Assembly: GCA_035547595.1 (NCBI GenBank)
Contig: DASZUL010000047.1
Location: 27,160-91,159 of the forward strand
From: Nitrosospira sp.
Lineage (GTDB): Bacteria; Pseudomonadota; Gammaproteobacteria; Burkholderiales; Nitrosomonadaceae
Direction: 5' to 3'
Length of the DNA stretch: 64,000 bases
Under the pieces are notes generated by a model, which was given only the letters and a program-made list of their open reading frames with translations, ran no database searches and was not told the DNA's origin. Positions within the stretch are counted from its first letter, which is position 1. Each line of letters begins with the position of its first letter. Shown here piece after piece: positions 18,980 through 29,083 of the stretch. Made by a program: the position numbers and the translations under genes.

Positions 18980-20749
18980 TTATGGAACCAGGACCTGTGT
19001 CAAATTATCAATTTTGTAGTTTCTATCGCTAAGATCCAGATACGGGGTCAGGGGTTTTATCAAGTTATTGTTTTTGCTGCCCGTAGAACTCTGATTCATA
19101 TTGTTTTCCATCGGAACCAGGGGTTTTGTCAAATTATTGTTTTTGACTTTTCTATCTTCGGGATCCGCATTGACATCGATTCCTCCGGCCGGTACCGGCT
19201 TATCGAGATCGGTATATTGCAATATGCCAAAGGGTTGAATTTCATTGTCGGCGGGTAGCTGTTCGCGGTTCCACCCCCCTCCAAGCGCACGAATAAGCGC
19301 CACCGATGCCCTCAGCAGATCGGTCTTGATCTGCACGGAATCGATGCTTGCCGTCAGCGTGCCGAGCTGGGAATAAATGAGTTCAAGGCTGGAGGCCAGG
19401 CCGCCCTTGTAGAGTTCCATTGTGAGGTTTTGTGTCGTACGCGCGGCTCCGACGGCGGCATCCTGCCTTTCGGCAGCAAGAGTCATCCAGCGAGTCTTGG
19501 TCAGGTTGTTTTCAACTTCGCGAAAGGCATTCAATACCGTCGAACGATATGAATTTTCCGTCTCTCGATAGGCCGACCATGATTGCTGCAATTGAGCCCG
19601 GCGATATCCACCCTGGAAAAGCGGAATGGAAAAAGAAGAGCCATAGGCCCAGAAACTGTTAGCCAACGCGAGCAGATTGAGTCCGGAATCCTCCATTCCT
19701 CCTCCGAGCCGGAAGGATACATCCGGAAAAAAAGCGGCGCGTGCTATGCCGATGCTGCGGTTGGCCTGTGCCATGCGGCGCTCCATTGCGGCAATATCGG
19801 GCCGGCGCTCGAGCAAGGTGGATGGAACTGTCTGCGGAAGACTGAATTTCGCGCTGAGGAGAATATCCACCGGCGCGATCTTGAAGCTGGCTGGAGCGAG
19901 ATTGAGCAGAATCGCGATGGCCTGCTCCGTCACCTGGCGTTCACTATTCATCAGGGCCAGCTTCGACTCGGTGGCGAACAGCAGCGACTGGGCCCGTGCT
20001 ACGTCGAGAGCGGAAGCGATCTTGCCCTCGAACTGGGTCTGCACGACAGTTAACGAATAGTTATAAAGATCGATCGACTGTTTGTAAATCGCGATTTGCG
20101 CATCCAGTCCACGCAGCGTGAAATAATTCGATGTCACTTCCGCCTGCAGGATAAGGCGTGCAAGCCCATAGTCGGCCGCGCGTTCTTCCGCACGATAGAT
20201 TTTGGCTTGCGCCGCATTCCGGAGTTTCGACCAGAAATCCGGTTCCCAGGATGCAATTCCATCCATCAGAACCTGGGTATCGCTGTCAGGTTCTCCGGGT
20301 GCACGAAAGAGAGTGTGGTCGGATTGCCTGTTGTTACTGCCGCCGAACCCAAAGCCGAGTTGCGGGAAATATCGGGACCGTGCCTTCATCATCGCATTGC
20401 GCGCCTGAATGAAGCGTTCAGCTGCTGCCTGCAGATCCGGGTTGGCTGCCAGCGCCTGTTCCACGAGATTGTTCAGGACAGGATCCTCATACAGTTTCCA
20501 CCAGTCTGGCCGGACCGCGTCATCCGACGGATTGGCCTTGACGAAATCGCTCGTTCCCTCCCAGGAGTCCGGAACAACGAATTCCGTCGGTTGATAATTG
20601 GGCGACAGATCGAATGCCGGAAAAGGAAGGGAGGCGCAACCCCCTAAGGCTGCCAGAAATATGAAAGCACCGAATCTGGCGCCGAGACGGCAGAGATTTG
20701 AAATATGGATTCCTTTTTTACGCCCCAAGTCTGTCATAGTCTGTGTCAT
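18980..20749 (-). CDS. Outer-membrane efflux lipoprotein (NodT/OprM family)
   Basis: Lipobox LGGC; SWEPDFW, LLERRPDIAAMERR, AAFFP and ALIRALGGGW motifs. Confidence 0.95.
   Translation of the reverse strand: MTQTMTDLGRKKGIHISNLCRLGARFGAFIFLAALGGCASLPFPAFDLSPNYQPTEFVVPDSWEGTSDFVKANPSDDAVRPDWWKLYEDPVLNNLVEQALAANPDLQAAAERFIQARNAMMKARSRYFPQLGFGFGGSNNRQSDHTLFRAPGEPDSDTQVLMDGIASWEPDFWSKLRNAAQAKIYRAEERAADYGLARLILQAEVTSNYFTLRGLDAQIAIYKQSIDLYNYSLTVVQTQFEGKIASALDVARAQSLLFATESKLALMNSERQVTEQAIAILLNLAPASFKIAPVDILLSAKFSLPQTVPSTLLERRPDIAAMERRMAQANRSIGIARAAFFPDVSFRLGGGMEDSGLNLLALANSFWAYGSSFSIPLFQGGYRRAQLQQSWSAYRETENSYRSTVLNAFREVENNLTKTRWMTLAAERQDAAVGAARTTQNLTMELYKGGLASSLELIYSQLGTLTASIDSVQIKTDLLRASVALIRALGGGWNREQLPADNEIQPFGILQYTDLDKPVPAGGIDVNADPEDRKVKNNNLTKPLVPMENNMNQSSTGSKNNNLIKPLTPYLDLSDRNYKIDNLTQVLVP
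18984..19144. repeat. Three imperfect 32-nt direct repeats with unique 28- and 37-nt spacers, in the outer-membrane factor tail
   Basis: Units at 18984-19015, 19044-19075 and 19113-19144 (consensus GGAACCAGGGGTTTTGTCAAATTATTGTTTTT), encoding KNNNLTKPLVP-like peptides. Confidence 0.85.
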
Positions 20750-22017
20750 GGCGCATATGATCCATTTAATGCTTGTTTTAACCCCGCATCCGGCATTTCC
20801 GAATGAGAGGCTGGTTTCGATGACTCCGGAGCCTGCTCTTTCGGCTTGTTGATCAGGTCATATCCCGGTGCGGGTGTTACGATGGTCACCTTGTCACCAT
20901 CGAGTATGGCAGCGCTGGGATTGTTTATGATCCGGTCCTCTGTCGTGACGCCCTCGCTTAATTCGACAGTAGCATCGAGGATCCTGGTTATTTTGATCGG
21001 CTTGAAGTGAACGATGTTGTTGTCATCCACCACGGCGACGCGCGTCCCCATCTCATCAAATACCAGTGAGCTCGATGGAATGGAGAGGTGTCTATTCGCT
21101 ACATCCACGGTCAGGTTGACAGATGCATAGGAACCCGGCCACAGATCCTTCTCTTCATTTTCAATCACGAACTGGGTGACCACCGTACGTGTATTCACAT
21201 CAAAACCGCGGGCAGTGGTCAGAAACTCGGCGGTGAAATGCCGATTGGGAAATTGCGGCACTGTCAGATCGGCTTTCAGGCCATCATGCATCAGGGCGCC
21301 GAACCGCTCGGGCACGCTGACAAACAGACGCAATTTGCTGATATCCGCGACGGTATAAAGATTGCGGACTTCACCCTCCGGGGTACTGATCGTGCCTTCC
21401 TTGTTGATGAAGTCCCCCACGTTAATGGCGCGGTTGATGACCACGCCGTCATACGGCGCAATAATCGTTTTAAACCCGATCAGTGCCTCGAAGTTGCGGA
21501 CATTCTGCATGGCGGCGTTGACCTTTGCCTGTTGGGCTTTTGCCTCGGCCACCTTTACCGAAATCGCCTGCTCGGATACCGCCTGGTTTTTGCGCAAGGC
21601 CAGCCACCGGTCCGCGGTAAGTATGGCAAGCTCATTAAGGGCTACCTCCGATGCCAGGTCTGCCTTGGCTTGCCGGTATTGGGCATCGAGCGCCGGCGCG
21701 TAGATTTCGGCGAGGACATCTCCTTTCTTGACTCTCGCCCCCCAATCCTTATGCCACATCTTGACGTAGCCGGATACCTGGGCATAGATCGGCGCCTGGA
21801 ACCATGCCTCGATGGTGCCTGGAAGCTTGATGGTTTCCTGGGCGGGCAGGTGTTCGGCGTGGACGATAGCCACCGACGGAACATCATTTTCCATCGCCAG
21901 TTTTGTTAAAGAAGCCGTATCCTTCCTGGATTCAACGACCCGGTAACCCAGATAGATAACAGAAACAAGCAGGGCGATCGCAATAATTACCGTACTTTTT
22001 TTACGTGATTTTTCCAT
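20746..22017 (-). CDS. RND periplasmic adaptor (membrane fusion protein)
   Basis: IYAQVSGYVKMW lipoyl-like motif, APYDGVVINR, LWPGSYASV; ATG 22017 lies just after the RND copy 2 stop. Confidence 0.93.
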   Translation of the reverse strand: MEKSRKKSTVIIAIALLVSVIYLGYRVVESRKDTASLTKLAMENDVPSVAIVHAEHLPAQETIKLPGTIEAWFQAPIYAQVSGYVKMWHKDWGARVKKGDVLAEIYAPALDAQYRQAKADLASEVALNELAILTADRWLALRKNQAVSEQAISVKVAEAKAQQAKVNAAMQNVRNFEALIGFKTIIAPYDGVVINRAINVGDFINKEGTISTPEGEVRNLYTVADISKLRLFVSVPERFGALMHDGLKADLTVPQFPNRHFTAEFLTTARGFDVNTRTVVTQFVIENEEKDLWPGSYASVNLTVDVANRHLSIPSSSLVFDEMGTRVAVVDDNNIVHFKPIKITRILDATVELSEGVTTEDRIINNPSAAILDGDKVTIVTPAPGYDLINKPKEQAPESSKPASHSEMPDAGLKQALNGSYAP

Positions 22018-22018
22018 A

Positions 22019-25000
22019 TCAGGAATTTCCGAGTTGAGGAGCGATTTCCTTGTGGCCAGGAATGGGTTCCTGGTCGTTAGGAGCGCTTCGTGCGTAATAC
22101 ATGATGGCGTATACAGCCGGAACAAAGAACAGCGTATATATCGTTGCAAACGTCAAGCCGCCAATGACTGCACGGCCCAGCGGCGCGTTGGTGGATCCCC
22201 CCAGCGCCATCGGAAGCATGCCCATGATCATGGCCGCTGCCGTCATGAGAACAGGGCGAATCCGGGCTTTGCCAGCCTCGATGGCGGCTAGCAGCGGGTT
22301 GCCATGTATTTCGATGCGCTCCAGCGCATAGGACACGACCAGTATGGAATTCGCCGTGGCCGTTCCCATGGCCATGATGGCGCCCGTGAGGGCCGGGACG
22401 GAAATATTCGTCTGGGTCAGGAACAGGGCCCAGGCAATGCCCGCCAGAGCGCCGGGCAGGGCGGTGATGATGATGAAGGGAACCAGCCATGACTGAAAAT
22501 TGATGACAAGGAAGAGATAGATCAGCACCACGGCCGCCAGAAGGCCGACAAGCAGTTCGCCGTAGGTGACGACCATATTCGCGGCCTGGCCGGCGATTTT
22601 GACTTCGGAGCCGCGGGGAACTTCCTCGTCCATCCCCTCGACGATTTTCTCGACGTCTGCCAGCACCCCTCCAAGCCCCCGCCCTTCGGCGGACACGTAC
22701 ACTTCAATCAACGGCATGATGCCCCTGTGGGTGACCAGGCCGGGCGTGCCTACCGGCGATTTCTGCGTCAGGTTGCCCAGGAGCTGGTAATCCTGGTCCA
22801 GGCCGCCTTCCCCTATCGGCTTGACAGGAATCTTGTTCAACTCACTGATGCTTGTGACTTGAGGTTGAGGCTGGTATATGTTGATCTGGTATGACATGCC
22901 GGTCCTTAGATCCAGCCAGTATTTCTGGTCGATCTGCTGGGTTCCGTTAGTCGTTATCAGCATATTCAAGGCGATATCCGCTTCGCTCCTGTCAACACCG
23001 AGTCCATATGCCCTTTGGCCTTCAATGAACATGGTGGGCGTGCGCATGGTCTGCTGGATCACCACATCGGAGGAGCCTGGGATCTTGCGCAGCTTGCCTT
23101 GCAATTTGCGCGCGTATTCGTAGTTGCCGTAGATATCCATCCCGTTGATCTGAACGGTAATCGGAGAAGGAGCGCCGAAATTCAGGATTTTCGCTATCAG
23201 GTCGGCTGGCTGAAAGGTGAATTCACTTCCTGGATAGCGCGCTTTCAGGCCGTCATGGAGAATTTTCCGGATATCCCACACCGCGGATTTATCGTCGAAC
23301 AGCGTGATCGTCAGATCGCAGTCCTGCGTTCCGATGGTGGGCGTCGGAATAAACGCCAGGTTATGCGGGCCGACGGGCAAGCCGCAATTGCTGATGATGC
23401 CTTCGACCTGCCCGGGAAGCAGCCGGTGGATATCGTTCGAGACGAGGGTGGTGATGCGGTTTATGGATTCCATCCGCGTGCCGAGCGGTCCGCGCATGTG
23501 CATCTGGATGGTCCCCGACCTGACCTCGGGGAAAAAGTCGCGGCCGTTGAAGTAGAAGAGGATAAGGGAGAGGAGCGCGAAAGCCAGCATGATCGTGGCA
23601 AACCGGCGGCGGTTTTCAATCGTTTGTTCGAGCAGTCCGCCATACCAGCCACAGAATCGAAGAAAGCGGGCCTCGAATCCCTGCTGAAAACGGGAGAAAA
23701 CCCCCATATGATATTGTAACCTCTCCTTGAAACCGAGGGCCTGCCCCGCTGGCTTTCCGTCACTATGCTCGCCATGGTGGCCTTCCTTTTCGTGCTCTTC
23801 CGCGTGAGGATGCTTGATGAGATATTTCGCCATGGTCGGCACGAGCGTACGCGACAGGATGAAGGACGCCAGCATGGCGAATATCACCGCCAGCGCCATC
23901 GGCTTGAACAGATAGCCCGACACGCCGGAAAGCGTGAACAGCGGCAGCCAGACAATGCATATGCACAAGGTGGCGAGCAGCGTCGGAATGACGATCTGGT
24001 TTGCCGCGTCGATGATGGCTTCATCGAGTTCCTTGCCCATTTCCAGGTGAGTATCGATGTTCTCGATCATCACTGTCGCGTCGTCGACAAGAATTCCTAC
24101 CGCCAGCGCCAATCCCCCCAGCGTCATGACGTTCATTGACTCGCCCAGCGCGTGCAGGCCGATGAGGGAGGTGAGAATGCACAGCGGAATGGAAGTCGTC
24201 ACGACGACCATGGGGCGCCATGAGCCGAGCATGAGCATGACGATGAAACCGACAAGCAGGCCCGCGATCAGCATCTCGTGCAACACCTCGTCGATGGATT
24301 CCCGCACGAAGACCGACGCATCGGTGATGATTCTGACGTCCACATGGGACGGCACGATCTCCTTGATGCGCGGAAGGGTTGCCCTGATGCCGTCGACCAC
24401 ATCCAGGGTCGACGCTTCGCCGCCTTTCATGACGACAATAATGACCGCCTGCTTCCCGTCCACCATGACCGAGTTCGTCTGCGGCGGACCGGCGAGCTGG
24501 ACGTCGGCGACGTCACGCAAAAAGACGAAGGAATTTCCCACTCTTTTAATCGGAATATCGTTGAATTCCGGAATTTCCGGCGGCATCGCGTTTGTCTGGA
24601 CCATCCAGTCGGTCTGCTTGATCTTCATATCACCCGCGGGCAGCACGAGATTCTGGCGATCGAAGGCCGCATGGACATCGGTCGGCGATATATTGCGGGC
24701 CAGCATCTTGTCCTGATCGAGGGATACCAGAAGCTGCTTGGGTTTTCCACCGTAAGGATGCGGAACAATCGCCCCGGGGATCACGACAATCAGGGGCCTG
24801 AGCTGGTTATAAGAAAGGTTATAGAGGTCTGCCGGTGTCATCTCGTCCGAGGTAACCTGCAGGCTGGCTACCGCTACCTGGGAGGCCTCCAGGCGCATGA
24901 TCATGGGCGGGGAAATATCCGGCGGCAACTGCTTGACGATCGTCTGGGCTATGGCCGTAACTTCCGCTTCTGCGCCAGGGAGGTTGGTGTGGGGCTGAAG

Positions 25001-25288
25001 AAAAATATTGGTAATGCTGATGCCATAGTACGCCTGGCTTACGATGTCGGCGATGCCTTCCACCGTCGAGGTCAGGAAGCGTTCGAAGTAAAAAGTGATA
25101 CGACCGGAGACATCCAGCGGCAACATGCCGGCGTAGGCCCAGACCACGGAGATCACCGGAATCTTGATAGTGGGAAAGACGTCCGTCGGCGCGTGCCGTA
25201 TCGCCCTGACCCCGAATATGACGATCAGGATCGAAAGGACCACGAAGGTATAAGGCCTGCGTAACGCGATGAGTACTATCTGGTTCAT
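22019..25288 (-). CDS. RND efflux permease, copy 2
   Basis: As copy 1, but TM4 reads VDDA; directly upstream of the adaptor and outer-membrane factor genes. Confidence 0.95.
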   Translation of the reverse strand: MNQIVLIALRRPYTFVVLSILIVIFGVRAIRHAPTDVFPTIKIPVISVVWAYAGMLPLDVSGRITFYFERFLTSTVEGIADIVSQAYYGISITNIFLQPHTNLPGAEAEVTAIAQTIVKQLPPDISPPMIMRLEASQVAVASLQVTSDEMTPADLYNLSYNQLRPLIVVIPGAIVPHPYGGKPKQLLVSLDQDKMLARNISPTDVHAAFDRQNLVLPAGDMKIKQTDWMVQTNAMPPEIPEFNDIPIKRVGNSFVFLRDVADVQLAGPPQTNSVMVDGKQAVIIVVMKGGEASTLDVVDGIRATLPRIKEIVPSHVDVRIITDASVFVRESIDEVLHEMLIAGLLVGFIVMLMLGSWRPMVVVTTSIPLCILTSLIGLHALGESMNVMTLGGLALAVGILVDDATVMIENIDTHLEMGKELDEAIIDAANQIVIPTLLATLCICIVWLPLFTLSGVSGYLFKPMALAVIFAMLASFILSRTLVPTMAKYLIKHPHAEEHEKEGHHGEHSDGKPAGQALGFKERLQYHMGVFSRFQQGFEARFLRFCGWYGGLLEQTIENRRRFATIMLAFALLSLILFYFNGRDFFPEVRSGTIQMHMRGPLGTRMESINRITTLVSNDIHRLLPGQVEGIISNCGLPVGPHNLAFIPTPTIGTQDCDLTITLFDDKSAVWDIRKILHDGLKARYPGSEFTFQPADLIAKILNFGAPSPITVQINGMDIYGNYEYARKLQGKLRKIPGSSDVVIQQTMRTPTMFIEGQRAYGLGVDRSEADIALNMLITTNGTQQIDQKYWLDLRTGMSYQINIYQPQPQVTSISELNKIPVKPIGEGGLDQDYQLLGNLTQKSPVGTPGLVTHRGIMPLIEVYVSAEGRGLGGVLADVEKIVEGMDEEVPRGSEVKIAGQAANMVVTYGELLVGLLAAVVLIYLFLVINFQSWLVPFIIITALPGALAGIAWALFLTQTNISVPALTGAIMAMGTATANSILVVSYALERIEIHGNPLLAAIEAGKARIRPVLMTAAAMIMGMLPMALGGSTNAPLGRAVIGGLTFATIYTLFFVPAVYAIMYYARSAPNDQEPIPGHKEIAPQLGNS

Positions 25289-25329
25289 ACTATGTTTCCT
25301 CTTTTACCCTCGGTAAAAAAACCCATTTC

Positions 25330-26280
25330 CTACAATATTGCGCGTAAGGATGAGGCGATTCTTTCGAGCTTGGACATGCAGCTTCCAGCCTTGCGCCTCC
25401 AGACGGTCTGGACGGGGTTATTGCCGATCCCTTGCCAAACCCAGGAGTTGATCGCCATGCAGAATATCGCAGGAATCCGATTCGCCTTCGCTATGTGCCC
25501 GATTGCCGGGTCCGTGTATATCTCGGCGGATTGTGATGGCCAGATTGGCTGTCCGATATCGATAAGGTGGACATTGCAGTATCGGCCGCCGGTATCGAAT
25601 CGCAGCTGATTAGGAAGTGTCTGATTAGGAAGCGTTCTGGCAATCAGGAGAAAGATGGCGCCGAAGGCTGCAGTAGCCGGATTGTTTCCCGATGCGATGG
25701 CGATCGCTGCTGCGACCGAGGATATTTTTGCGATGCTTCTCCCGGTTTCGCTAACTTGAAGAGTAGGAAAACTTTGAAGCTTGCTGGTATGCTCCAGGGC
25801 ATAGTTGAATCCAATCTCGGCGGCCTCATCGTCCGTTTTCCCGATAGCCGCGGGAAAAACAGCCTGGCACATCGCCAGGATCTGGTTCACGTTCAGGCCC
25901 CAGGCTCCGAGGATGGTTGCTGCTGCGGCCACTGCTCCGCAAGCGATCTGCTGGGGGCGGGTGCCTGCTGCGGCCCATTGCGCCGCATATGCCACTGCGT
26001 TGGAGATGGCTTCGCTCACGACCCGCATGTTGTCTGCATTAAGAAGTCCTATGACTCCCCCCGAATGATCCTTGTCGTAGTGGCTGACGAGAATGTGATC
26101 GAGAGGATCGTCATCCCTGAGGATGGGATCGATAAAGTTTTGCACTGTCTCCGCATACCCGAGCAGTCCGCCATCGATCAATATCGTCCGGTGACGCCCG
26201 GCTGCCACGTCTGCCGCAACAACGAGCGCGCTTTCTTCCTGCTCGACGTCAATCGTATGGATGGTGAGTTGCAGGGCCAT
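25330..26280 (-). pseudogene. Truncated/degenerate MBL-fold (ComEC/Rec2-like) metallo-hydrolase
   Basis: IHTIDVEQEESAL (canonical DVGQGD), ILIDGG, SHYDKDHSGG; later MBL motifs absent; last codons come from the duplicated RND leader. Confidence 0.6.
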
Positions 26281-26370
26281 AAGCTTGCAAGTTTTCCCTT
26301 CCAGGATAAACATGTGATCCGCACACCCGAGAGTGTGTGTGATCAGGGTGAAATCAAGTTACCACAGCTT

Positions 26371-26453
26371 TTGTCATGGGAATATGATATATCGGTGGTC
26401 ATTTTGTGAATCTTGTCAAGGGAATATGATGGTTTGGTGGTCATTTTGTGAAT
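26371..26453. repeat. Imperfect tandem direct repeat, 2 x 41 nt, period 42
   Basis: ttgtcatgggaatatgatatatcggtggtcattttgtgaat versus ttgtcaagggaatatgatggtttggtggtcattttgtgaat. Confidence 0.9.
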
Positions 26454-27101
26454 ACATGCGGCCTGAATCATTCAGGAAGCGTTGGAGAGTATAGAAATTA
26501 TGGGAGGAGGATGCGCTGACCGACGCGCAGATTTCTATTCTGGAGAAGAAGCAGGACGATCCATTTTTTGCCACCGGAAATATCGAAATTTCAACGGTTC
26601 GACAGGCTGCAGGTTCGTTCGACACGGGATATGAAGAGAGATCGGCCGTAAAAAACACCCATACTCTCTCCGTTTCGCTCCAGAGACGATCGGAGCGGGA
26701 GAAAACCGTTTTCCCCGCGGAGAATGGGGAAAACAGGCGGGTTGAGGGCAGACTTTATCGCCACCGTGTTCATGCTATCGGCAAAATTCGATGGCGACGC
26801 CGGGTTAATGGTTATCTTGGCGGCAGTTCTGCGCGAGCGATTGGGCGCAGCCGGGTGCTACAACTGCGCAAGCTTTACGGGAATGAAATTACAAATTCCA
26901 GCAGGTCGCTATCGCTGTCACTATGAAGGTCAAGGTTCAGCACCGGGCTGCATTCATGGCATCTCGAAACCCTGCATGGGGTGCGCAATCTGGCCGAATT
27001 ATGGCACAACTCGGAAAATTGCGGATGTCATAGTATGGAATAAAGACAATCGCATAATTGGAACCAGAATCGATAGCTGGAAATCGCGATGCGTCAGGAA
27101 T

Positions 27102-27764
27102 TCAGGGGTAGGGATCAATCTGCTCGGCTTTCAACTGGTAGCCTGCCTGGCCGAACTCGGATTCCACGCTTCGGACCTGCATGACGCCGCTGACCCACAT
27201 GGTATCCATGGTTCGCATGCCCGCCACCGGTTTGGCCGTCTTGACATGGATGATCTGGTTTGGTGGCGGCGGGGGCGTGTGAATGCAGGCACCGAAATAG
27301 GGGACCAGTAAAAATTCCCTGACCTTGTTGCCTGACTTCTCCAGGGGAATAACGAAACCGGGAATGCGGATGCGTTCGCCATTCAGCGATGGCTCGACTG
27401 GCGCATTGGCCCACGCCTCGCGCATTTTTTCCAGCGCTTCCATGGCGCGCGGATCGCTGTCTTTCAAGTTTTCCAGCTTCAACCCTTTCAGGGGGGCCAT
27501 GGGATCCCAATTCCTGGGCATCAGGTCGTCCCAGTTCTTCTCCTTGTATGCGGCGGCGGACCCGGACGCGGATGGAGCGGTAGATTTGGTTTTTGCTTTG
27601 CCAGGATCCGGCGTCAACTGGTCCCCAACCTTATAATCCCGGTTTCCGGAAGGCGCGGAGGACCCGGCGGAAAATACCGGCGACGCGAGCCAGAAGAAAG
27701 CGAAGAGCGGAAGGAAGCCGGGCAGAAAGGAAACAGTTGAACGGAATTTCGCCATGCGGCACAT
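27102..27764 (-). CDS. DUF3299-family protein
   Basis: WDDLMP, RIPGFVIPLE and EFLLVPYFGACIHTPPPPPNQII motifs. Confidence 0.92.
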   Translation of the reverse strand: MCRMAKFRSTVSFLPGFLPLFAFFWLASPVFSAGSSAPSGNRDYKVGDQLTPDPGKAKTKSTAPSASGSAAAYKEKNWDDLMPRNWDPMAPLKGLKLENLKDSDPRAMEALEKMREAWANAPVEPSLNGERIRIPGFVIPLEKSGNKVREFLLVPYFGACIHTPPPPPNQIIHVKTAKPVAGMRTMDTMWVSGVMQVRSVESEFGQAGYQLKAEQIDPYP

Positions 27765-27768
27765 TCTC

Positions 27769-29028
27769 CTATAGTCTTGGCGTCAATCCATCGGCGAGGG
27801 ACAGCCGGTAAGCGCGGTAGCCCGGTATCAGACTGGCCAGAAATCCCGTCGCCATGACGAGCAGCAACAGTTGAAGCGTCTCGGCGGATAATCCGGCGTG
27901 CAGTGAAATGCCCAGGTGCGCTTCAAGCACAGGTGCGGCGAAGAGGCTGGCGGCAAACAAACCCGACAACCCCAGCAATGAACCTGCCAGCACCACCATC
28001 GCTCCCTCGATGGCAAGCAGAATCAGGACGATGCGCGGACCCGCTCCCACGGAGCGGAGGATCGCCAGTTCGCGCCGGCGCTCGCCCAGGCCGGCAAGCA
28101 CTACCGCCACCAATCCGCTCAACCCGACGGCGACCACCAACACGGAAATCGCCAGGAGCGATTTTTCCACGATGCTGACGATGGACCAGAGCTCATCCAG
28201 CGCAACGCCCGGCAATACGGCCAGCAGCGGCTCTCCTTTATATTGATTGATGAACCGCTGCACCTGGAACACGCCAGCCCGGCTTTTCAGTCCTACCAGG
28301 GCGGCTGTTATTTCCTTGGGTGCGAGGTCGAATTTGCGTACATATTCCGCAGGTATGGACAAGCCGGGGAGGGGAGCGCCGCCCTGCCAGTCGAGATGAA
28401 GCGCTTCGATGGCCTGGAGGCTGACATGGATGCTGCGATCGACGGGCAATCCTGTGCGTGCGAGTATGCCCGCTACCTTGAACGGCTTGTCGGAATGCTC
28501 CGCCAGGCCCAGGGCGCCGGTTCCATGATTGAGTATGATGCGATCTCCGGCGTGGTAGCCCAGCTGGCTGGCAACCTCGGCGCCGATTACCGCATCGAAA
28601 ATATCGGCAAAGGGATGCCCGGCGGTAAAAGCCAGCGACCGGCCATCTCCGTAGTGAAAATGCTCGAAATAATCCAGGTTGGTTCCCACCACCGCGAAGC
28701 CGCGGTGCGAGTCTCCCAGCGAAATGGGAACTGTCCATGCAACCGCAGGGTGGCCTGCGACCGCCTGGAAGCTCGACCAGCGGATATTGTGCGTCGCGTC
28801 GCCAAGGCGAAACACGGCATAAAGCATGAGCTGGATGGGGCTCGTCCGCGCCCCTACCACCAGATCGGTTCCCGATATGGATTGGGCGAAGCTTTCCCGC
28901 ACCTGTGTCCGCAATTGTTCCACGCCCAGCAGCAATATGACGGAAAGCGCGATGCTGGCCGCCATCAGGCCGAGGGTGGCGCGCCGGTTCCATGCGCTGG
29001 CAAGCGCAAGTGAAAGCAGCGGCTTCAG
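27769..29028 (-). CDS. ABC transporter permease (MacB/FtsX-like) of the DUF2796-DUF3299 operon; start codon anomalous
   Basis: xKPLLSLALASAWNRRATL...SGTDLVVGAR...ERRRELAILRSVGA; the Met position is CTG (29028) and the track starts at the internal ATG 28965. Confidence 0.88.
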   Translation of the reverse strand: MKPLLSLALASAWNRRATLGLMAASIALSVILLLGVEQLRTQVRESFAQSISGTDLVVGARTSPIQLMLYAVFRLGDATHNIRWSSFQAVAGHPAVAWTVPISLGDSHRGFAVVGTNLDYFEHFHYGDGRSLAFTAGHPFADIFDAVIGAEVASQLGYHAGDRIILNHGTGALGLAEHSDKPFKVAGILARTGLPVDRSIHVSLQAIEALHLDWQGGAPLPGLSIPAEYVRKFDLAPKEITAALVGLKSRAGVFQVQRFINQYKGEPLLAVLPGVALDELWSIVSIVEKSLLAISVLVVAVGLSGLVAVVLAGLGERRRELAILRSVGAGPRIVLILLAIEGAMVVLAGSLLGLSGLFAASLFAAPVLEAHLGISLHAGLSAETLQLLLLVMATGFLASLIPGYRAYRLSLADGLTPRL

Positions 29029-29083
29029 CCCGCCCTCCCGGCGGCTTCATTTTTTTTCTTTGTCTTTGCCGCTGCGTCTGTCG

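Noticed and set aside
18984-19144. Calling the three repeats a CRISPR array
   Set aside because: Only three degenerate, non-palindromic units, in frame within a CDS, with no cas genes or leader; kept as a repeat.
26454-27101. Hidden gene or RNA in the intergenic gaps (also 12310..12900 and 18327..18979)
   Set aside because: Inspected by eye; no convincing ORF, tRNA, rRNA or riboswitch signature was found.
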